A DNA stretch of 64,000 nucleotides from Octopus vulgaris (lineage: Eukaryota). The first letter of the stretch is position 1; the number at the start of each line of letters is the position of its first letter. The notes under the pieces were generated by a model. The model made no database searches and was not told the origin of the DNA. It worked only from the letters and a program-made list of their open reading frames with translations. Both the position numbers and the translations under genes were made by a program. Of the stretch, positions 56,428-64,000 are shown in pieces. The DNA lies in the NCBI GenBank assembly GCA_951406725.2, contig OX597815.1, positions 69,130,001-69,194,000 of the forward strand, given 5' to 3'.

Positions 56428-59400
56428 CATCATCATCATCATCATCATCATCGTTTAATGTCTGTTTTCCGCGCTAGCACGGGTTGGACGGTTCGACCGG
56501 GGTCTGGGGAGCCAGGGGCTGCCCCAGGCTCCAGTCTGATCTGGCAGTGTTTCTAAAGCTGGATGCCCTTCCTAACGCCAACCACTCCACGAGTGTAGTG
56601 GGTGCTTTTTACGTGCCACCTGCACAGGTGCCAGAGGGGTCTGGCATCGGCCACAATCAGTTGGTGCTTTTTTTTTTTTTTTGTGCTACCGGCACAGAAG
56701 CCAGTCAAGGCGGTGCTGGCATCGGTCACGTTCGGATGGTGCTTTTTATGTGCCACCGGCACAGAAGCCAGTCAGGGCGGTGCTGGCATCGGCCACGTTC
56801 AGATGTTGCTTTTTATGTGCCACCGGCACAGAACCCATTCGAGGCAGGGTTGGCATCGGTCACGTTCGGATGGTGCTTTTTATGTGCCACCGGCACAGAA
56901 GCCAGTGGAGGCTGCACTGGCAACGGCCACGTTCAGATGGTGCTTTTTATGTGTCACCGGCACAGGTATCACAACTACTACTGTTTCCATTGATATTTGG
57001 TTCGATGTTCATGTACATACACTTGACTCAACAGGTCTCCTCAAGCACAGCGAGATGTTCCGGGATCCCACAATCGGTTGGTGCTTTTTATGTGCCACCG
57101 GCACAGAAGCCAGTCGGGGTGGTGCTGGCATCGGCCACGTTCGGATGTTGCTTTTTATATGCCACCAGCACAGAAGCCATTCGAGGCGAGGTTGGCATCG
57201 GTCACGTTCGGATGGTGCTTTTTATGTGCCACCGGCACAGAAGCCAGTGGAGGCTGCACTGGCAACGCCCACGTTTGGATGTTGCTTTTTATGTGCCACC
57301 GGCACAGAAGCCATTCGAGGCGAGGTTGGCATCGGTCACGTTCGGATGGTGCTTTTTATGTGCCACCGGCACAGAAGCCAGTGGAGACTGCACTGGCAAC
57401 GGCCACGTTCGGATGGTGCTTTTTATGTGTCACCGGCACAGGTATCACAACTACTGTTTCCATTGATATTTTGGTTCGATATTCACGTGCCACCGGCACA
57501 GAAGCCATTCGAGGCGGGGTTGGCATCGGTCATGTTCGGATGGTGCTTTTTATGTGCCACCGGCACAGAAGCCAGTGGAGGCTGCACTGGCAACAGCCTC
57601 GTTCGGACGGTACTTTATATGTGTCACCGGCACAGGTATCACAACTACTGTTTCCATTGATATTTGGTTCGATATTCATGTGCCACCGGCACAGGAGCCA
57701 TTCGAGGCGGGGTTGGCATCGGTCACGTTCGGATGGAGCTTTTTATGTGCCACCGGCACAGAAGCCATTGGAGGCTGCACTGGCGACGGCCACGATCAGA
57801 TGGTGCTTTCTATGTGTCACCGGCACAGGTATCACAACTACTGTTTCCATTGATATTTGATTCGATGTTCATGTACATGTACATGCACTTGACTCGACAG
57901 GTCTCCTCAAGCACAGCGAGATGTTCCGGGATCCAAGGTACTTTGGATGGGCAGGGTGTATGCGGAACTGGTGCCGGGAGCATCCCGGGTCTTAGTAGTC
58001 ACAGCACATCTCCAGAGGTCTCGGTCCTTCGCCATTGCCTCAGTGAGGCCCAACGCTCTGAGGTCATGCTTGACTACCTCATCCCATGTCTTCCTGGGTC
58101 TACCTCTCCCTCTGATTCCTTCAACTGTTCGGGAGTGGCACTTCTTCACACATCTCTCCTCATCCATCCGCAGTACATGACCATACCATCGCAAGCGTCG
58201 CTCTTGCACACCGCATCTGATGCTTCTTATGCCTAGCATTTCTCTCAGGGTGCTTACACTCTGTCGTGCATTCACACTGACATTACACATCCAGCAGATC
58301 ATGCTAGCTTCATTTCTTTCAAGTCTACGCATGTCCTCTGCAGTCACGGCCCATGTTTCACTGCCGTGAAGCATGGCAGTTCGCACACATGCATCATACA
58401 ATCTACCTTTCACTCTGAGTGAGAGACCCTTTGTCGCCAGTAGGGGTAGGAGCTTTCTAAACTTTGCCCAGGCTATTCGTATTCTAGTGGTGACACTCTC
58501 TGAGCATCCACCCCCACTACTAACTTGGTCACCCAGGTAGCGGAAACTATCAACTACTTCTAGTTTATCCCCCTGGAGTGTGATGGAATCTGTTTTTTGA
58601 GTGTCTGTGGTGTCTATTGTCCCTGTGCATCTGCCGCACATGAAAGCTATCTTATCAGTTAATTTCCCTTTGATGTTGCTGCACCTCTTATGCGTCCATA
58701 GCTTACACTGGGTGCATCTTATGGAGTTTCTACCTACACCTTTCCTACAGCTCGAGCAGGGCCACCTGCCCGATGGGGGGTGGTGCTGAGTTCGCCTTTC
58801 TGCATACTATAACTTTGGTCTTCGCTACATTTACTTTAAGGCCCTTAGATTCTAACCCTTGTTTCCACATCCGAAATTTCTTTTTTAGTTCCGGTAGTGA
58901 TTCTGCTATGAGGGCCAGGTCATCAGCATAGAGGAGCTCCCAGGGGCAACCTGTTTTGAATTCCTCTGTTATTGCCTAACTATGATGAATAAAAGGGGAC
59001 TGAGGGCTGAGCCCTGATGTACACCTACTTCTACCCGGAATTCTTCACTATATTCGTTGCCAATCCTAACCTTGCTGACAGCCTCTCTGTATAGAGCCTG
59101 TACAGCCCTTATTAGCCATTCGTCAATCAACAGTTTCCGCATCGACCAACAAATAAGGGATTGGGGAACCCTGTCAAAGGCTTTCTCCAAGTCCACAAAA
59201 GCTATGTAGAGGGGTTTATCTTTAGCTAGGTACTTCTCCTGCAGTTGTCGGACCAGGAATATAGCATCAGTGGTGCTTCTACCTGGCACAAAACCGAACT
59301 GCATCTCATCTAAGCAAATTCTCTCCCTAATGAGATGGGTTATGACCCTCTCTGTGGTCTTCATCACCTGATCCAACAGTTTAATACCCCTGTAGTTATT

Positions 59401-59466
59401 TCTATCTAGAGCATCACCCTTACCCTTGTAGCAGTTGACTATGGTGCTGCTACGCCAGTCATTGGG
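56428..59466 (-). mobile_element. Young 5'-truncated RTE-clade LINE with long repetitive 3' UTR, (GAT)n tail and TGAAGT target-site duplication
   Basis: RT motifs QFGFVPGRSTTDAIF, FVDLEKAFDRVP, GVHQGSALSPLLF, ELLYADD, FRYLG, HGSETW, LRWYGHV; frameshifts near 58975 and 58787; TGAAGT at 56422-56427 and 59467-59472. Confidence 0.93.
56600..57870 (-). repeat. ~67-bp higher-order tandem array (18 units) in the RTE 3' UTR
   Basis: Core ggtgctttttatgtgccaccggcacag recurs with 67-bp period (56738, 56805, 56872, 56939; 57080, 57147, 57214, 57281, 57348, 57415...) with four recurring linker types. Confidence 0.95.
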
Positions 59467-59969
59467 TGAAGTACACTTGCAAATTAATACTACGAAAACT
59501 TAGCAACAGAAAGTAAATTAAAAACCAATTTACCTTTTCTGTTGAGTTATCATTCTAATTCGACTGTCTGATTTCCTTAAATCTGTCTCTTTTCTTCAAC
59601 TGAACTTAGTTCCTATTGTTTCTTAAAGTCCTTTGTGAAATCTAGGAGTGTTTCTTTTTGTTATTTCTTGAGAAAGTTTTGTTTCCTGGACACTAAAAAC
59701 TAATGGGAAGTAGACAACAGTCCCAGTAGAATTGGTGTAATATTGTAACTCATAATGTGAGCGGCTAGCATCTACTCACCATATGTCAGTGAATTGTTGC
59801 TGTGTGTTTGCAAATGTGTTCGAATGAGAAAGTGAATTGTGTTTGGTGCCTTTTTTACTAATAACAAACACACACGTGTGTGTGTGTGTGTTTGAGTGTT
59901 TGTATGTAGTTGTTTGAAACGTTTGTGTTTGTCACTGTCATATATGTATATGTTTGCGTGTCTATGTGT

Positions 59970-60496
59970 GTAAAGAGAAAGTAGGAGAAAGTGTGGTAAT
60001 AGGCGGAGTAAAGCCTTTGAAGTGAGAGAGGGAAATCGTAAAATATTGAGTTTTCTCGAATTTTTGCTTAATTGGGGGTCAAATTGAAAGAAATTTATAT
60101 GCCATGACCGAATGGAATGTACTTCGAAAAATCATAGGTAAATTCCAATTGAAGAAATTGTGTGAGGAGTAAATCGTTATGTATTTATTTGTTTCTGTTT
60201 GCTCTGTATTTTTTGAGTAGTGGTTTAAGGTACACTTGCAAAGAGAAAGTAGGAGAAAGTGTAGTAATAGCAGGAGTGAAGCAGTTGAAATTAGAGAGGC
60301 AAATCGTAAAATATTTACTTTTCTCGAATTTTTGCTTAATTGGGGGTCAAATTGAAAAAACTTTATATGCCATGACCCAATCGATTCTACTTCGAAAAAT
60401 CATAGGTAAATTCCAATTGAAGAAATTTTATATTGTAGAATTGTATTAAAAACGAACATGGTAACAGGCAGAGAAAATCTGCCTTTTATCATAAGA
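59970..60496 (-). repeat. Second repeat family, probably Helitron 5' portions (copies also ~62300-62470 and 63668-63930)
   Basis: aaagagaaagtaggagaaagtgt...ggcagagaaaatctgccttttat..aaga; on the minus strand it begins TCTTAT..AAAA followed by a GGCAGA/TCTGCC hairpin. Confidence 0.6.
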
Positions 60497-61133
60497 CTAG
60501 CAGTATCGCCCGGCGTTGCTCGGGTTTGTAAGGGAAATAACTATATAAGCATTTTTAGAGAGTTATAGCCAAAAAATAGCAAAAAATGCATTAAAAATGG
60601 AAAAAATATGATGGTAAATTTTTTGAAAAATCGTTGACTCATCGTAGACATTTTTAGAGAGTTACTTCCCTTATATAATAGCGAAAAAATGCATTAAAAT
60701 GGAAAAAAAAACGATGGTAAATTTTTTTAAAATCGTAGACTCATGTAGACGCTTTCTTAGCCATTTCTGTTTTGGTGTCTTCAAGCCATGAAGTCGTTGT
60801 TCTAAAAGAACGCTGGTCTCCTTGACAACGCATTACGACGTTGATTTCCTTACACTCCCTTCCCCACAGGTGCAGGTGTGAGCGTGGACGCCAACTCCGC
60901 CGCCATCGACACACGAAAAATTATGCATTAAAATGGAATAAAAAATGATGTTAAATTATTTTAAAAATCGTAGACTCATCGTAGACGCGCGCTAATACTC
61001 AGACGGGCTCGATATGAATCACGACTATAAGCTACCCGAATTTGGTTAAACTGCACCGCAAAATGTGGGAGTAGTTAGGAATCTAAATCGAAGGGGACAG
61101 ACACTCACACAACTACAGTTTTATATATATAGA
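60497..61133 (-). mobile_element. Non-autonomous Helitron
   Basis: Minus strand A|TCTATATATATAA...CCCGAGCAACGCCGGG hairpin-cgatactg-CTAG|T; no TSD. Confidence 0.85.
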
Positions 61134-61139
61134 TATACA

Positions 61140-61580
61140 TAGCGCAGTAGTGGTGAGATGTGACAGCAAAGAAAAGCATACATTCACTCTCTGCATGCAA
61201 TTAGACTCGGAAAGTTCGTGAGGAACCCATTGACCCAATTTGCTGACTTTTCCGATAGCACACAGGTCTCAATGAATGGTTGAATGACCAAATCCAAGCT
61301 TCTCTGCTAGTTCCTCAACAGTTACGATGAGATTTTGTTCCAGGGTTTTCAGGATGTCCTTGTCGAGTTCTACAGATCTTTCAGGATGAGGCTCGTCTTC
61401 TAGGCTGTTCCAATATAGCTTTGAAAAAAATAGCTGTTAAAATCGAAATGCACTCTTCAAAACTTGCACTATGAATAAGGACAAGATAAAATTACTACCT
61501 GCTTTTATAGCAAGTTAATATAAGTAGTTTATCCCATTCCCCTCTGACTTTTAGTTCAAGCTGTTGAAAAAACCGCATTA
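61140..61580 (-). mobile_element. Mariner transposase N-terminal fragment
   Basis: Minus-strand SLEDEPHPERS...TVEELAEKLG..HSTIH...KLGQWVPHELSE; WVPHEL at 61212-61229. Confidence 0.85.
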
Positions 61581-61584
61581 TTAT

Positions 61585-61591
61585 ATATACA

Positions 61592-61623
<32 letters not shown>

Positions 61624-61867
61624 CACACACACTCTCTCTCTCACACACATGCACACATTTATATTCTGTTATTCTTTTATATGTTTCAGCCTTGAGGTTG
61701 TGGCCATGCTGGATCATGTGTGTGTGTGTGTGTGTCTATCTGTCTGTCTGTCTGTCTGTCTGTATGTATATATGTATATGTATGTGTGTGAACAATAATA
61801 TTTTCAACAGATGTGTTGCAAATGTATCTGATTGTTCTCAAGCTTCAATACTGTGTGTGTGTGTGTA

Positions 61868-61898
<31 letters not shown>

Positions 61899-61953
61899 AT
61901 GTATGTATGTATATGTATGTATGTATGTGTGTATGTATGTGTGTGTGTATGTA

Positions 61954-61984
<31 letters not shown>

Positions 61985-62025
61985 ATGTATGTATCTATGT
62001 ATGTATGTATGTATGAGTGTATGTT
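61585..62025. repeat. Compound microsatellites (TACA)n/(TG)n/(TGTA)n; others at 1950-2020, 33108-33180, 56015-56105
   Basis: Directly visible simple repeats. Confidence 0.95.
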
Positions 62026-62480
62026 TACTTTATTACTAACACAAGCCAGTACGGTTATTTAATGTAAAGTCTTCCTCAAATCACTATCTCTGGCTATTTA
62101 CTCTCTTCCAAGAACATTTTCACTCACACTTATGTGTTAGCTTCCCATACATTTTACTCATGTATCTATCAGCGTGATAGAGAGAAACAAATATTACATC
62201 TAGTTTCACTTTATTCGTTGCCCACTGTGTGTGTGCGTTTGCGTGTGGTGTAAACCAGACTAAGAAAAGCATTTGACACACACACCAGAATGTGAGTTTT
62301 CTGTAAATTTTGCTTAATTGGAGTTTAAATTTTAAAAACTGGACCTGGCATGACGCGATGCATTTTACTCTTAAAAATGGTAGGTAAATTGTAATTGAAG
62401 AAATCCTATATTGTAGATTTGTATAACTCCCAAAGGGAGGCAGATAAAATCTGCCTTTTATAATAAGAGATCATAAGAGA

Positions 62481-62869
62481 CTAGCAGTATCGCCCGGCGT
62501 TGCTCGGGTTTGTTTCGACCCACTGCAATTGGAATTTTTGAAAAGTAATTTTATATTATGTAGCTTGTTATTCTCTTCAAGTAAACGTTTTTCTGGTTGA
62601 AATACACCGAAAAGTGGCGACACAGCAGTGAAAAAATCGTAAAAAAATAGGGATTTTCATAGAAAAAAGCACCTTTTTGATGTAAATAATTTTTGGTGTT
62701 AACATGGTCCGATTTGAATTTTATCTTCTACGGAAAGAAGAGCAACCCTTCTTCTATCATACTCTCAATTTTGGTCAACTTGCGCTGCAGGGTCTCGGAG
62801 GAGATAGTGTTAGTTGAAGGTTACCAAACCTGGTACACACAGACAACTTCGGCTTTATATAGAGAGAGA
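62481..62869 (-). mobile_element. Non-autonomous Helitron (same 3' end, different interior)
   Basis: Identical ctagcagtatcgcccggcgttgctcgggtttgt terminus; the other end reads A|TCTC...TATATAAAG on the minus strand. Confidence 0.8.
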
Positions 62870-64000
62870 TAACACACACACATTAATACACATACATACA
62901 CACACACACACACATGTATGTATGTATGGATGTATGTATGTATATATGTACATGAACCCAGGACCATGTGTTTGGAACGTAGTTTGTTACCACACAGCCA
63001 CACCTGCCCCTATGTATGTGTGTGTGTGTGTGTGTGTGTGCGTATGTGTGTATGGGTAGATATATTATGCATGTATATATGTGTATATATATATGTGTAC
63101 ATATTACATGTACATCTATATATATACATCTACACATAAAATACAAAATACAAAGTTATATCTTGATATCGCTAGTGATAACAATACTCAAAATATATAA
63201 CAGACTGGAATTGTAGGCCCGTCTCTTGCAATTTCGATCAATTGGATCTTGTCCTCCCTCTTGTATAGAAGTGTACGGCTGCAGCGAAATTCATTTTTGG
63301 ACTTTCTTCTATCGAAGGCATTTTAACAAAAATGCTTCCGTAAAGACGTTGAAAATATTGTCAATTTTCCCAAACAGGGACACAATTCAATTTTTAAACA
63401 ATAACCAAAGCCCCTTCTCCGAAAGGGCGAGGGTTACGGTTTACAATTATTTAACAAATGCAACACAACAACGTTTCCCTGACGCGGAACCAACAAACGT
63501 GATTACAATAGTCAAACAGTAATAATAATAACAAACCTTTTTAATTTATCCCCATTTATGTGAAACCACTTATTCAAGTTCAAGTCATTGATGCAATTTT
63601 ATACAAATTGCTAATACACACACACACACACACATAATAAGGGAATACTTTCACTTTAATAGTTTCACACTTGCAAAGAGAAAGTAGGAGAAAGTGTAGT
63701 AATAGCAGGAGTGAAGCAGTTGAAATTAGAGAGGCAAATCGTAAAATATTGAGTTTTCTCGAATATTCGCTTAATTGGGGGTCAAATTGAAAAAACTTGA
63801 TATGCCATGACCCAATCGAATCTACTTGGAAAAATCATAGGTAAATTCCAATTGAAGAAATTCTATATTGTAGAATTGTATTAAAAAGAAACATGGTAAC
63901 AGGCAGAGAAAATCTGCCTTTATATAAGATATATATATATATATATATATATATAATCATCATCATCATCATTTAATATCGTTTTCCATGCTGGCATGGG

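Noticed and set aside
56600-57870. CRISPR-like appearance (constant palindromic repeat plus variable spacers next to an RT)
   Set aside because: The spacers are four recurring, mutually related types rather than unique sequences, no cas genes are present, and the array lies inside a TSD-bounded eukaryotic LINE 3' UTR.
56484-58236. Long + strand ORFs (169-352 aa) with repeated MVLFMCHRHR / AFYVPPAQ
   Set aside because: Products of the stop-poor 67-bp array, open in several frames and antisense to the RTE.
61692-63216. CV/YV/HT-rich ORFs in the ORF track
   Set aside because: Translations of (TG)n/(TA)n/(TGTA)n microsatellites.

Overview
AT-rich, repeat-dense animal genomic DNA; the repeat repertoire suggests a coleoid cephalopod, probably Octopus (inference). 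The + strand carries the last 15 coding exons (6875-36973, 1497 nt, 498 aa + TGA, all GT-AG with consistent phases) of a NEDD4-family HECT E3 ubiquitin ligase (two WW domains + complete HECT), followed by a ~2.2 kb repeat-poor 3' UTR. Introns and downstream DNA hold a nearly full-length young CR1-clade LINE (polyQ ORF1; EN-RT ORF2 with two lesions), several RTE-clade LINEs, several tRNA-derived SINE families, mariner remnants, Tc1- and piggyBac-type MITEs, Penelope-like fragments and stacked non-autonomous Helitrons. Most notable observations: (1) a correctly phased G GGA AAC UAA -1 slippery site joining ORF1 to an AUG-less ORF2 in the CR1 LINE; (2) an 18-unit, ~67-bp array in an RTE 3' UTR in which most units can fold as a compact H-type pseudoknot, with a compensatory change in another copy; (3) ~98% identical inverted CR1 ends bracketing a NEDD4 exon; (4) a PHD finger inside the RTE reverse transcriptase. 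Coordinates were read by eye and repeat boundaries are approximate; no database searches were run.
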